From Macrostomum lignano (lineage: Eukaryota), in NCBI GenBank assembly GCA_002269645.1, contig NIVC01001286.1:1-64000 (forward strand): DNA of 64,000 nucleotides. Direction: 5' to 3'. A program made the position numbers and the translations under genes. Positions 25,081 through 41,353 of this stretch are shown here, piece by piece (position 1 is the first letter of the stretch; each line of letters opens with the position of its first letter). The notes beneath the pieces are model-generated. The model worked only from the letters and a program-made list of their open reading frames with translations, searched no databases and was not told the origin of the DNA.

Positions 25081-25438
25081 ATGACTCCACCCGCGGATCA
25101 CAAAAGTACATACATGTACGATCATATACGTACGTGTCTTAAAAACAAAAATAAAGAATCAAAAAAAATCAAAACAGACGTACAAATTAATGGCAAAACA
25201 GTAGAAATATTCAATATGATCTAAAAGCTAGTAACCTGTAAAATCTCGATCAAACAGTCCTCCAATCACTGATCCACCAATGGGGGAGCAAGTATAATAG
25301 AATTTAAACAGAAGCCTTCTGTATGCAGCCGAGTTATGGGAAACTCATGAAATTCGAATTACAACGAGAGAAATAATATCACTCCGATCTTTTTAAATCA
25401 GTTCGTGCAAGTTATTTTAGTGCATCAAGACAAAGAAA

Positions 25439-28350
<2,912 letters not shown>

Positions 28351-29019
28351 ATTCAAACGGACGCGGCTTACGCTCTAAACAGAAGTGCCCTTCAAATCGG
28401 TGTATCAAACCCTATCGTTTCGTCGAGACTATCTCAACCGATATTTCTTTTCCTTGGTCGGTGGAAAAATTGTTTTACTGGCTTCTCTACATTCCGATTG
28501 TTGCGAATGAAAACCAAATTTGGAAACGGCCTTAGATTTTGCTAGTTGCCGGATCTGAGGAAGTCGATATTGAAAGCGGTGAACGTGGATGCGCAGTTAT
28601 CGGCTTTCTATAGAATAGTTTTTTTAATCTGCTCTTTGTTCATTCGAATAAATAATAAAAAACAACGCGGGTGATGAAAGGCTCGGTAAACTGGTCGGCA
28701 TTGTCTTCTTTTGTTCGGCATGATTAAAAAATTGACTTCCTACCTGACTACTCAGGCTTTCTGAGTGGTCTTTTTTATTTTGTGTTTCCATTGTTCCAAG
28801 CTTCCGTTAGACGCAATCTATACTACAGAATGCGACAGTTTTTTTTCAAACGAAGTCACTCACAGGTTCTGCTAGGAAGAAGGTGTGGACTTTTCCACCT
28901 AAGTCTTGCTTTCACACCTCTATGTCAGGTGGCTTCAATGCACAGAGAGAAGTGGGCCCTCGACTGTCGGCAATCCCCTGTCCCTTCCCCGCCCGCTGCA
29001 CGGCCCGGCCCTTATAGCT

Positions 29020-29240
29020 GTTTGTGTTCATCCACAGGTTCATCAGGGTGGTAACCAGAGTGGCCCTCTTGGGTCAAAGGCCGCTTTCTCAGGCGTGGCT
29101 ATCTCCAGGAAAAAATCTGTCGTGGGGAATGCCCATTCTGCATCTCCGACGTTAAGAATGCGGAGCACTTCATCTGGGAATGTCCAACCTTTTGACCTGC
29201 CCGCCTGGGAATGGCTCGTTTCTGCCCGAGCAAGCCTATC
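29020..29240 (+). mobile_element. Probable 3' fragment of a non-LTR retrotransposon ORF2 (CCHC knuckle)
   Basis: Frame KGRFLRRGYLQEKICRGECPFCISDVKNAEHFIWECPTF gives C-x2-C-x7-H-x4-C; no RT seen. Confidence 0.45.
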
Positions 29241-29384
29241 TATATAGTAGTGTTGCAGTCAAAGATAAATGTCGAGTATAAGTGCGAACTTTCTTTATCA
29301 CAGAATGCAGCCACAAATGATTTCGCAGTCTCCTGAAGTTGGAAAGGTTGTATTCCAACAGACAGGGGGACTGGGGAAGGGAGG

Positions 29385-29550
29385 TGGTCGCCACACACGC
29401 CCTCAATTACGGTACCCATTTTACAGCTGGGTGATGTGAAGCAATGCAGAGTCAAGTGTCTTGCTCAAGGGCACACATTTTCCGAGTGTGTCGAGAATCG
29501 AACCCCCGACCTTCAAGTCGTGAGTCCACACTCTAACCAACTATAGGCTA
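29385..29550 (-). mobile_element. CORE-type SINE copy (3'-truncated)
   Basis: Reverse complement of the 14848 SINE head and core. Confidence 0.85.
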
Positions 29551-29751
29551 AAAAAGTAGAGGCCCGTGAAGCTGTATATGAAGCTGCAGCTGCAAAGTTG
29601 GCATTGGGTCTCACCCTCCGCATTTCTTGGATAGCAATTAGCATATCACATAAAGTGAAGATCTACCACAGAGAGTCTCGGCTGGCGTTTGGCCATAGAC
29701 ATTCTCAGCGGTCGGACTGCGCCTGTTGCGTTTTAGCGCGCATAGGCTGGC

Positions 29752-30445
29752 CAGGGAAGCCTCTATGGTCGCTGCGCTCCCCAGGAAGGGACACTAGTTT
29801 AGGCAGCATACAAGTTTAGGGTAAAAACCCAATTGGAAAGCAGTGAATGAATAGAAAAATGCAACGTTTTTTCATTTCTATGACTGATAACTTGTTAACT
29901 ACAAGTCATATAAAGATGCGGTTTGCACTATTTAACGCAAAACATTCAGAACTTTATGTCTCTAAGTATAAGTTGTATTATTCAAAATTTTTCATTTGTT
30001 AGTGCCAGAGAAATAATTTACACCCTTTAGGCCATGCATACATAACGAAACAAAAAAATTGCAAATGCGGAGAGCTTACGGATGGAGTTGGAGTCCTGAG
30101 AGTTTCTTAAAAATAACCTTTCCGAAACATGCAGCGAGCAGATCCGGTATAGTTGTGCTTTGGATCGCTGGGCAACTTCTCCAACTCTGCTGCTGTCCAC
30201 TTTCGGGGAATTGCAGAGATCCATTTTCCAGAAGCTCCGGCTGTGTATATATTCTTTTTCCAGTTAGCAAGCTATGAAATACGAGAGGTGTTGCAAAAGT
30301 TCGCTTACAAACCGCTCTAGCGAGAAATCGATAAGCAACAGCATCATTTCATTCTATGCCATGCCCCTAAACTTGTATAGCGGAGTGGGGTGGGGCGGGT
30401 GAGTGTCCCTTCCTGGGGAGCGCAGCGACCATAGAGGCTTCCCTG
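29752..30445. mobile_element. Non-autonomous element bounded by about 43-bp perfect inverted repeats (CAGGG termini, hAT-like)
   Basis: CAGGGAAGCCTCTATGGTCGCTGCGCTCCCCAGGAAGGGACACT at left and its exact complement at 30402-30445; TSD not clean. Confidence 0.7.
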
Positions 30446-31212
30446 CATGGGCTGACTCAAGGAGTTCTATAATTGTTAAGGATAGCTAATTATAGAACTC
30501 ATTGGGCTGGCTAAACAAAGTCGATTGTTGATTACTTCGTTGAGTTTCAAAGATAGTCAGAGTCAGTCGAATTTTGCGAATTTTATAATACGAGCGTACT
30601 TCGCCCGATAAGGCTCAAATACAGAGCAATCATACAAAGTACAGAGCGTATCACTGAGATCAGCAGCTTACAGGAGAAAGGACTCTTCAATGGTAGCTGC
30701 ACTGATCCAATAAAAGGACTTATCACTAAAAATATCTGCTAGGAGAGTGCAACTGCTAGTCTGAGTTATACCGAAGCCATCGATTGCCATTAGTCTAATG
30801 CCTATTTAATTAGTTTCTATCCTGCTCTTCCATTAGTAGCAGATCGGCGCACTAGTGCAGATCAAAGCGGCTAATTTAGTTGCTAATGGCCTCGATGAAG
30901 ACTTTACTGCATGAATACCAGGAGAATCTATAGCTCGTGATGGCCTATGGGATTATACTTTTTGATAGGCGTCTCCAGGACATATATAGCTAGACTCGAA
31001 TGGTGAATAAATAAGAAGATTAATCGCGGGCTTTCCATACCGAATGAGAGGCCATAGCTAAGCAAAAATTACTTGAACATAAATCTGTCTAGACTAATTT
31101 TATGCATGTTCGCAGCTTTTGGTATAAAAGAGGCATGTTCGCATCTTGATCTGAAAGGCAGAGTAATCTAAACTGGATAGCTATAGAACTTTTTGCAGCC
31201 TCTCCAAAACTA

Positions 31213-33338
31213 ATGCAGGAATCTCGATCCACCAGCGAGTGTCCGACTCCATGCTCTGTAAGTATTTACTCCGGTACTTCTGATTTTACCATAATAAAAT
31301 TTGACTTTTGATTATTTGCTCTTCTTCCCTGTTACAACTTCAGATCCAGCTAAGTCCAGTTTTATCCAACCTAAGTCACACTGTGAGCGACGCATTGTCC
31401 CGAAGTTCAGCCCACGGTATTAGCAGGATACCAAAGTCCAAAGACCTTCCTACGAAATTGATGTGGTCTATTTTGTTTCTAGTATTCTTGGGATTCTTCT
31501 GCAGTACGACGGTGAACTTAGTGCAAAAGCTTACCCACGTGAAGATAGTGAAGACGTACAAGTTAGACAATGCTCCATTTGTTTTTCCTGACTTGTACTT
31601 TTGCCCAAATCATCCTTATTCAGGCAGTTTCCCGTTTGTGCTGAACGAAAGCCAAGCTGATCTTATTAATGCGGAAGTCGAGAGGCTAAATGATCTGTAC
31701 AGTCAGTTGTACTGCAGTAGCAATATCTGTGAGGAACCGTACAACATCACGAGATTCCGAGCGGCTGTAATTCAACACTCCCTGCCAGTTCACTTGATGC
31801 ATCAGTTTCTTTTACATCGCCTCTCTCAATCGGTGCTCCATAGGCCGTTCGTGTACTCGGAAGTCAGACGAAACACAAGCAAAATTGAGCTGCGAGAGGC
31901 CAGCGTGCCTAACAACATGTTCCTGATGTGCATCCAGCTGATCGTGGCCGAGCAGGAGAGAGAAAATTTCGCAGCCAGAAATAGCCGAATGCTGATCGAG
32001 CTGTTCACTGATCCATTCTTTCCGGAGCTGGGCTACTCAGGGAAGCCAATAAAGCCGATTGTGAATCCGGAAACCGGTGAAAGCATTCCATTTCTCTACT
32101 GGCATCCAGAGTATGGCCAACAGTTGCTGAAGAACTCCGGCTTCACTCTGCTCATAGCTCCTAAAGGCGTGTACCCGTCTATTGCGCACGAAACCCGATT
32201 GAAACTAGCCCCGGGCAAGTCTTACCAGATCTCCATCCGTATGGAAGAGAATCGCTATAGCGACGAGCTTCACGGTGGCCACTGTATGCCTCACAACGAA
32301 AACGCCGTTTTCAAGGATCACCTTACGGACGATCCGACAGAGTTCAAATACAGCTATGCAGCTTGCTGGTACGAAGCTCTCAGCAACGCCTGGCAAAATC
32401 GAACTAATCACATATATTCCGACTATCCGGTGCCCTGGGCGCTAAGACACGCGCCACGCTGGGAGAATCTTACCGAGTCACTCTACAACAGATCTGTTGC
32501 CAGCTACCTGGACGTGTGGGACTACATCAACTCACAAGAAGCAATGATCGCTAAAACCTGTCTCCGAAAGAGTCCATGCGTGTTTCAGAGCTACTATGCC
32601 AGATACTCGTTCGACAACTGGCCCTCATCAGGCAGTTCGCTGGTCGAATATTTTTCTGAATACGATGCCCTAAATGATGAGAACTCCGCACCTGCTATGG
32701 CTCAGCTGAGAAGGATTGCTCGCGAATTGAAGCTAGGTGAGATACTTTAATTGATACTATGAAAAGGGTATTTTTTCTACAAAGTTACAGAAATTGATTT
32801 GTGAGTTACTCGTTCAAACAGCGCGTTTCAATTAGGAAAAACGGCGCATGCGTTGTTTGGTTTTCAGTGACATTGTCCCTCGTCCTTTAAACGGTAGTAA
32901 CACAGAAAGGCAAATATTGGAAAACGGCCTTCCTTTTAGAGTGGTGACTCATACAGTTTATACACTAACACTCCTCTACACGTTAACACTCAATAAACAG
33001 GCAATCATTCTGCTCACACCGAGGCCATGTTCCGCAGCTTCATCGCCGAGTCCATGCTCGAGGTTCGCATAGAGGCCAAAAGCGCCCTATCGCCGCAGCT
33101 GATAATATCGCACTCCTATTCGATGACCGCATTTCTAGCCGACATTGGCGGACTTCTGGGTCTCTACATAGGGTGTAGCCTGCTCACCGTCTGCGAACTG
33201 TTTGAGCTGTTGTATCAGCTGGCTTTGAGTGTAGCTCCCAGTGCTCGAAGACTTCGACAAGGACGAAGAGGCGATGATGTGAACGCCGAGCCAGTTGTTG
33301 GAGACGGTGAAGAGATGGACGAACTCACCAGTGCTTAG
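31213..33338 (+). CDS. DEG/ENaC (degenerin/ASIC-like) sodium channel subunit; exons 31213-31257, 31344-32736, 33001-33338 (591 aa)
   Basis: SSAHG motif before TM1 (LMWSILFLVFLGFF), FPDLYFC, and the TM2 signature FLADIGGLLGLYIGCSLLTVCELFE; GT-AG junctions in frame; TATAAAA at 31123. Confidence 0.88.
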
Positions 33339-35108
33339 AAGTTCTCTGCGTTTTTAGCAGACTAATTATGGTTTATATTTCTTGCCACTTGACCATTCTG
33401 ATCATCTTCTGTTCTGTTTTCCAGCAATATTGATCGAGTCAATGTGTTTGACCAGCAACTAAGAAAATTACTTTAAGCACAAATTTACACTCTTATAACA
33501 GGATTATTGTGAAATGGATCTTTCAACCTCTTGTTGAGAGCTCTCCTAGATGATGCTGGCAACATAAGTGTGTCTCACTCTTGATCATCAATTATAAACC
33601 AAGCTTCAAAAGAACAAAGCTACCTGCCTGTTTCAGGAATAACTAAAATTTAGTCAAGGACAACTTGATAACTCAGGACCGGAAACGAGCCAATTCATGG
33701 CGAAAAAAGTATGAGGCTCGTTTAAAAGCATTGTTCTATGGCCCATCCGTATGCGCATGCTTTCAGTTGCCAATGTATACTCGTATCATATTTGACTTTT
33801 TGATAGGCAGTCAGAAGGCGGGTGCAGGGTCGGTTTTCTTAAATGTTGAATAGTTTTATTACATAAAGTAAACGTCGTGAAAATACACAATGGGAAAGCT
33901 GTACACGCAGCACATGTATAAGGAAACTCGAGAAAAATTTACGATTCTTTATTCATCTGAACTACAAATAGAGAGGAAAATAACAGTCACAGAACGGGAC
34001 AAGAGCTGACCATGATAAATAGTGAAGTGTTTGCTCCAGGTTCGCTCACTGTCCACTCAGCTTCAGTATTTTTCTATCGTGCACTTTATCCGGTGAAGGA
34101 GCGCTTTTTGCTCCTCGTTGAACATAACCCTTGAAGAAACAGTTGGTGAGGCGCACGCAGCATCCCAGAACATCTGCTTCAGGGAAGTAAAACTCGCCAA
34201 CGGCAGCAAACAATTTGCGCACTCGCAAAGCACATGACGGTGATCGCAGCGAAATGAAGCATCCGAAACAAAGGCAAGCAAAATTGAACAGCCACTTTGG
34301 CGGGTGCTTCAACTTTCCCCGGGAAATCATTTCAGTGAATTCACCGAGTGGGGTGTTTAAATTTTCGGCAGGACCATCACCGGCAATTTTCTCCTTAAAC
34401 GTTATGTAGCCTGAAATGTTATTATTATGCCTCAGTTGTCCTTCGCCTCAGCAATCGTTATTTCCATCCAAGTTCAAGTAACACAAATGCATGCCTTACC
34501 TGCAATATAATAAACAGATGCCTTTTCTGTTGCAGCTGCCTCCCTCATTCACTCCCACAGCGCTGCAGCTTCCCACCCAGCCTCATCGGCCGCTTTTGAG
34601 CAGGGCGCTCACGGGGTTCGAGCTCGGGACCGCGTCAGGCCTGGACCTACTTCAGCGTCCGAGGGGCGACCGCATGAAGACACTCGGTGAGTCCGCGCTT
34701 ATATATGAGGAGGTGGTTGGTGACGCAGAAATGTATAGTGACGCTGAAGGGTGAGTGTTGTGACATTGTGGTGTTCTAGTTTTATGCTAGGGTATTCTAG
34801 TGCTATTAAATGTCAGTTGTTTGTTTGCTATGAGTCGCGAGTTCGCTGGTTGATTGATTTTATTTTGTGTGCGTGTTTCAGTTTCAGAGCGTGTGCACTG
34901 CGCCCGGCAGTCAGGCCGAAACCATCTTCTTGAGTCCTAGGGTTAATAAACGAGTCGAATAAAGAGCCCAGGTTGTATCTGCTGGCTCTCCACGTTTTTT
35001 AATAGTATCTACGCATTCAACTACAAGCCTTTAGCTTCTTCAACTTATTACAAGTTGTCTTCACAGAATTCACAAAATTTACCGAACTCCTTCAACTCGT
35101 GTTTTCAG

Positions 35109-36112
35109 CGCCAAGAAGCAGCTGGACCCCAGCTTCACCGACTGGGACTTCATCCTGCAGGACGACAAGAAACAGCTCATCGGCCGTGGTGGATTCGGCG
35201 AGGTGTACAAGGCCCTCACAGACCGCAACCAGACTGTCGCTGTCAAGGTGCTGCCCCTGAGCGGCACCGACAAATCGGGGAAGCTGCAGAAAGCCGTCGA
35301 GATGGAGAAGCGGGGAATTGAGATCCTCAAGCGGCTCTCGCATCCCAACATTCTGCAGTTCCTCAAGTGCGAGCAGAAGTCGGATGGGCTGTACATCTTC
35401 ACCGAGCTGATCTCAGGTCACAGCCTCTTTGAGCTGATGCAGCGTCAGAACAAGCCGTTCAAGGAATCCGAGGTCAGGGACTTCTCCAGACAGGTGCGTC
35501 TCGGGGTTCTCTGGCATTGCCTTTGGAATGACATTCGTGTGTTATCAGTGTGGGGTCAGTGTGAGTGGGATAAAGAATGAATATATGCACTCTCATGACT
35601 GCTTAAAACTGCTCCACTTGCAGATCTGCTTAGGCCTGAACTTTCTGCATTGCCAGCCGCAGGGCGCCATCTTGCACCGTGACATCAAGAGCGAAAATGT
35701 GATGCTCACCAACGAGGGCGGCGTCATCAAGCTGATCGACTTCGGTCTGGCCAGGGAGATCTTCAACACCTGCAGCCTGAACGCAGGCAACCAGCCAAAA
35801 GGCACCTGGCACTTCATGGCGCCCGAGATGCTCATGGGCGAGGGCAATTCGATTCCGTACTCAGCAAAAACCGACGTGTGGGCCTTCGGCTGCACCGTGT
35901 ATGAGCTGACGGCCATGCAGCCTCCTGATGGCAACGAGCCGCAGCAGCGCATCGTCATCCTGAGATACGGAGAGCGGGCGATGCCTCGGATTGCGGACGG
36001 GTTCTCAGCCGGCCTGAAGGACTTCTACCTCAGGTGCGTAGACTATGACCCGAGGAAGCGAGCGGACACCGCGGAGCTGCTGCGGCACAGCTTCCTGAGA
36101 GCCTCATCGTGA
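35109..36112 (+). CDS. STE11/MAP3K-like Ser/Thr kinase domain; exons 35109-35493 and 35624-36112; first exon(s) probably within 34490-34750
   Basis: IGRGGFGEVY, VAVK, HPNILQF, HRDIKSEN, DFG, GTWHFMAPE, DVWAFGCTVYEL, DPRKRADTAELLRHSF. Candidate phase-2 donors at 34687 and 34751, so the start is ambiguous. Confidence 0.85.
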
Positions 36113-38024
36113 CTGCGAGAGCGATGGGCTGTGAGGGAGCTGAGCGACTCTTGAAGCGGGCGGTTTCGTCTGCTGACATCGAACGAACGAATATTATTGA
36201 TTTTGATAATTAATTTGATAATTAGTTGCCCTTTTTCTTTATCTAGTTGTCCTTTTCATTTGATTGCCCTTTTTGTTTATCTAATTTTTGTATCCCTGAG
36301 TCCCTAGCCTACGGGGTCTGTAGCGGGCACAGGGTACACTACTAGTATACGGGTTCTAGCTCGCCTGCGTCAGGAGTCAGGACGCAAGTGCTTACAATTT
36401 CCGAGAGTCTAGGGCGTCGGGACGCAACCACGCAGCCTTCCCTCCTGTCGGGAAGCGGTGGTCAGAACGCACACATGACGGCTGGCGTACAGATGACGCA
36501 ATACAGTATCGATCAATATGTCTAACCTAGGACGGCGTCAGGTCACTCGGACCTTCAATTCGTCCTGGCAACCGAATGACGAAAGACGGGACAACGCAAT
36601 TACTTGGTTAGCGGTAGAGGCTGATGCCCGGCCGGTGAGAACTAGTTTCTGATGGATTTTTGCTTCACAAAACCCGCCTGGCCGTAGCCGATCTGGTAGT
36701 AAGGGCCTGCCTTGTGCGCAGAGCGGGGAGGGAGGGAGAGAGGAGCGAGAGAGGCACCTCCCCGAGGCCCAGCAGGAGCCGCTAAATAGACTGGCCTGCG
36801 GAAGGGTGGGGAAGGCCAAAAGTCCTTCAACCTACCACCTCACCGCCGAGCCCAGCCCACCACAGACACGAAAACAACAAACGGCGAAACTGGCCGCAGC
36901 CAATCAGCAACGTGACAAGCACAAAACACCCAGCCAGTGCCGCGCACTAGGGGGATTACTTTCAAAAGCCTAAGCTGCCCCCCAACCGCACCCAACCAAC
37001 CACTGCAAAGCAAATACATGTAAACAGCAATAAAGAAAACCGGTTTAAGCCAGCTGTCTGAAGCATACTGAAGGGGGTGACTCACGGTCACGTACGTAAA
37101 CAACGAAAAAGACAGTCTGGAGGAGGGGTGCCCTTCTACTGAAAAAGTGCGCGACACAACACAATTACATCTTTTGTTTAATCGAGTGTTACGTTTTGTT
37201 TATTCGACTACTGTATTTGTTCGAATTGCTCAGATTGTGAATTTATTATCGTTTTCTCTATCGATTTTCCTGCTGCTATCCGATGCCCGGTTTAATTAAG
37301 CTATCACAGTTTTGTTTATTCGGCTGCGATTCAAAATTTTAATTTTAATTATTTGACAGCCGGGTTTGTTTTACCGGTTGCTACTTTCAATTAATGAGAC
37401 ATTTTTGTGCTGACTCGAGTGCTATTTCAGTTTTAATCTGATCAATGCTGATTTTAAACTCCATGGCACAAAGCCAATCACAATTTCCCCAATCTGCTCA
37501 GACTGGCTTTTTATTAGCAACTGTTGGAGCAGGAAGTCCAGTGCTTTCTCAAGAGTTCTCAGTTAAATATATACAGCCACCGTTTGGCTTGCCGTGACCC
37601 GCTGTGTCCTGACTTGCCGTTAGATAAGTGCCATTTGACCACAATTCCTGCAGAAACTGCTGCTGACAATCTCGCTAATAATAAATCGTATCGTTGTTTG
37701 TCAGTGCACTTGGCACTTTCGTCTCGCCTTGCATGCTCGTTGCTCTCAACTTGCTCCATTTAACAATAACTCTTTTGCATCTATCTTTTTGTAGAAATTT
37801 ACAAGAAAGAGTATATTTGTTTCTGATTTTTAAAGCACGTCTGGCAACTTTTATTGCAACGAATAAGTATTGAACAGAACGCAGAACAGATAGCCAGCCA
37901 CCAGAGACAGCCACCACGATACTTTTTGTTTTCCGAAGTAGCTCTGCAGAGCGAAAAAAAAGGAAAAATCATTTAGCAAGACGCTCGGCTAGAGTGCGCA
38001 GAGGATCTAGATTCAAGTTCAGTA

Positions 38025-39460
38025 ATATCAAGTACAATCAAGTTCTATTTGATAAATGATCTCATCTATCTGATTGTGAATGATCTCATCTATCTGATTG
38101 TACATGATCTCATCTATCTGATTGTACCTGATCTCATCTATCTGATTGTGCATGATCTCATCTATCTGATTGTGCATGATCTCATCTATCTGATTGTGCA
38201 TGATCTCATCTATCTGATTGTGCATTATCTCATCTATCTGATATTGTATGATCTCATCTTTAAGTCCGCGGAAGCAGGTATCTCATCTATCTGATTGTAC
38301 ATTATCTCATTTATCTGACCGTGCATGATCTCATCTATCTGATTGTACATTATCTCATCTATCTGATTGTACATTATCTCATTTATCTGACCGTGCATGG
38401 TCTCATCTAGTCTGATTGTGTATTATCTCATTTATCTGACCGTGCATGGTCTCATCTAGTCTGATTGTACATTATCTCATTTATCTGACCGTGCATGGTC
38501 TCATCTAGTCTGATTGTGTATTATCTCATTTATCTGACCGTGCATGGTCTCATCTAGTCTGATTGTGTATTATCTCATTTATCTGACCGTGCATGGTCTC
38601 ATCTAGTCTGATTGTGTATTATCTCATTTATCTGACCGTGCATGGTCTCATCTAGTCTGATTGTGTATTATCTCATTTATCTGACCGTGCATGGTCTCAT
38701 CTAGTCTGATTGTGTATTATCTCATTTATCTGACCGTGCATGATCTCATCTTTAAGTCCGCGGAAGCAGGTATCTCAGCTATCTGATTGTGTATTATCTC
38801 ATTTATCTGACCGTGCATGGTCTCATCTAGTCTGATTGTGTATTATCTCATCTATCTGACCGTGCATGGTCTCATCTAGTCTGATTGTGTATTATCTCAT
38901 TTATCTGACCGTGCATGGTCTCATCTAGTCTGATTGTGTATTATCTCATTTATCTGACCGTGCATGATCTCATCTTTAAGTCCGCGGAAGCAGGTATCTC
39001 AGCTATCTGATTGTGTATTATCTCATTTATCTGACCGTGCATGGTCTCATCTAGTCTGATTGTGTATTATCTCATCTATCTGACCGTGCATGGTCTCATC
39101 TAGTCTGATTGTGTATTATCTCATTTATCTGACCGTGCATGGTCTCATCTAGTCTGATTGTGTATTATCTCATTTATCTGACCGTGCATGATCTCATCTT
39201 TAAGTCCGCGGAAGCAGGTATCTCAGCTATCTGATTGTGTATTATCTCATTTATCTGACCGTGCATGGTCTCATCTAGTCTGATTGTGTATTATCTCATC
39301 TATCTGACCGTGCATGGTCTCATCTAGTCTGATTGTGTATTATCTCATTTATCTGACCGTGCATGGTCTCATCTAGTCTGATTGTGTATTATCTCATTTA
39401 TCTGACCGTGCATGATCTCATCTTTAAGTCCGCGGAAGCAGGTATCTCAGCTATCTGATT
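38025..39460. repeat. About 24-25-bp minisatellite (TGATCTCATCTATCTGATTGTGCA-type) with a 224-bp higher-order unit
   Basis: Marker AAGTCCGCGGAAGCAGG at 38262, 38754, 38978, 39202 and 39426. Confidence 0.93.
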
Positions 39461-40133
39461 TTTTGAACGACTGTCGTATGTGTAATTTGAAAGTCAAATC
39501 TCGTTTCCAGTAAATGCATAAAAACTGCTGGTTACCAGTCCCATTGCAAAATCTGCCGACAGCACTGTGACTCAATATTGTGTAGCAGAACCCAGAATTA
39601 TCTATTAGCGAACGACGCCGAGAAAGGAAGGCGAAGACAAGGCGAGGGCGAGGGAGAAAACGGCGACCAGATCAGGACCCTTCGATAGATCGAAATGCAT
39701 TTTGATGCGCTCAATACGATAGTGATTAGAAACAACGATGGATGAAAGGGGAGTATAATTTTTATTATTTACGAAACTCCTGCAGAAAGCATCGATTTCG
39801 TCGATAAGAATCGTCGATAGACAAAGCTCCTGAGCCACGAGGACAGCTCATGTCTGGAATCGGCTGCAAACCCGCCTTTGTTCAGACTACCTTTCACGTC
39901 TACTTGATTTAATCTCTAGCTAGCGTCTGCTCAAAAGCAGCTCCCAGACAAGTAGCAGCGAACGCACTCTGTTTCCTGCCTGCGAGTATTTATACAGAAC
40001 TCACTACACAACCAAAGAATTGATTGGTGTTTTCAGCAGTCACAAGACAGGTAAAAAAGCTATCTAACAATCTTTTTAAGAAAAATTGCAAGTGAAATTG
40101 AAGGCCAAAAAACGAGTTATCACTGGAGCTAGC

Positions 40134-41353
40134 ATGGTTGATAAAGTTGTGTCTTTACAATTACTTTTCCTATTTGGTAAGTGACTGCCACTCTGACTGA
40201 AAATCTGCTGCCTACAGTTATTCAATGCATGCTGTTCATTGCTGACCACCCATTGCACCAACGCAGTTTGCTGCTCGCTCGTGCTTCGAGTACAAGGCAC
40301 CACCAGTTTGCGGATCTATTCTGTGTGCTCAGAGCAGCAGCTTCAGATGCTGGAAGCCGTTCTGAACGCCTACAACAACGTCACGACAACAACCGAGGCC
40401 ACTGATGCAAGCGACTGTCTAATAAAGTGCCAGAGGGTGAGCTGCAGCGCTGCCGTCTCAGTGGAGAGCAATGCCACGTGCGAGATGATCACCATAACAA
40501 CCGCCAAGCTGTCAATCTCAGCAGATCAGGTGCAGCAACTCATCGGATCTCAGGTCGGTGCAAAGGTGTGGAAGGCGGACGACAGCGACTGGTCTTCGCT
40601 TGCAGTGCAGCTTCGGAGTGAGTCATCAATGCATAGTCGTGGGTGGTTGACATGATTTTTACAGACAGAAATTGCTCTCACTCCAGTTTTGTAACTCGCT
40701 GACGCTGTTCCATGGCAGACAGCAGCACAGGCAGAAACGGCTCAATCCAAAGCGTCCTCATCAACACGACCGGCTGCTACATGATCAAAGCTGCCGGCGC
40801 CAGAGGTGGCGACAACTTAATGACGAACACATCCGGAGGCCAGGGAGCTCAGGTGAGCGCCAGAGTCAACCTGACAGCCGGCACCCAGCTGGGCCAGATG
40901 GGCGGCTCGACCTACTTGGAGTTTGAGGGAGGCGGCGGAGGTGGCGGCAGCTTCGTGTACCGGACAGGCGACCAGCTGCTGCTGCTGGCTGCCGGCGGAG
41001 GTGGCGGAGCTTCCTGGAGTAGAAATGGTGAGCTCAGTAGCTGCCGTTGCTTACATTGTAAAAGTTTAGAATAAAAAAACAATCAGATCAGCAGTTTGAT
41101 TGATTTCACCGTAGGACAACCGGGAGAGATCGGGATCAACGGTTCCAACAGTCTGGGTGGCTATATGTCCTTGGCGGGATTCGGCGGCACGAACGGTCAG
41201 CCGGGCTCCAACAACCCCGCTAATACCCACCCTGATGGAACCCACGGCGGCTGCGGCGCCGGCTGGCTCGGCAGGGCCGTCAACCCCAGACGGAACTCCT
41301 CGGACGGAGAGAGAGGCGGCAGTCTGGCCGACATTGGGTTTACAGCTGAGTGA
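40134..41353 (+). pseudogene. PAN + glycine-rich paralog B, frameshifted and 3'-truncated; exon-like blocks 40134-40176, 40218-40617, 40719-41027, 41115 to about 41332
   Basis: Same exon boundaries and motifs (DCLIKCQRVSC; GCYMIKAAGARGG; HGGCGAGWLGRAVNPRRNSSDGERGG). The signal-peptide exon is out of frame with the PAN module, IVVG is missing, and homology stops at 41332. Confidence 0.75.

Noticed and set aside
34046-34409. Short ORFs on both strands upstream of the MAP3K-like gene (e.g. CDHRHVLCECANC)
   Set aside because: No clear domain and no consistent exon chain; cannot be assigned.
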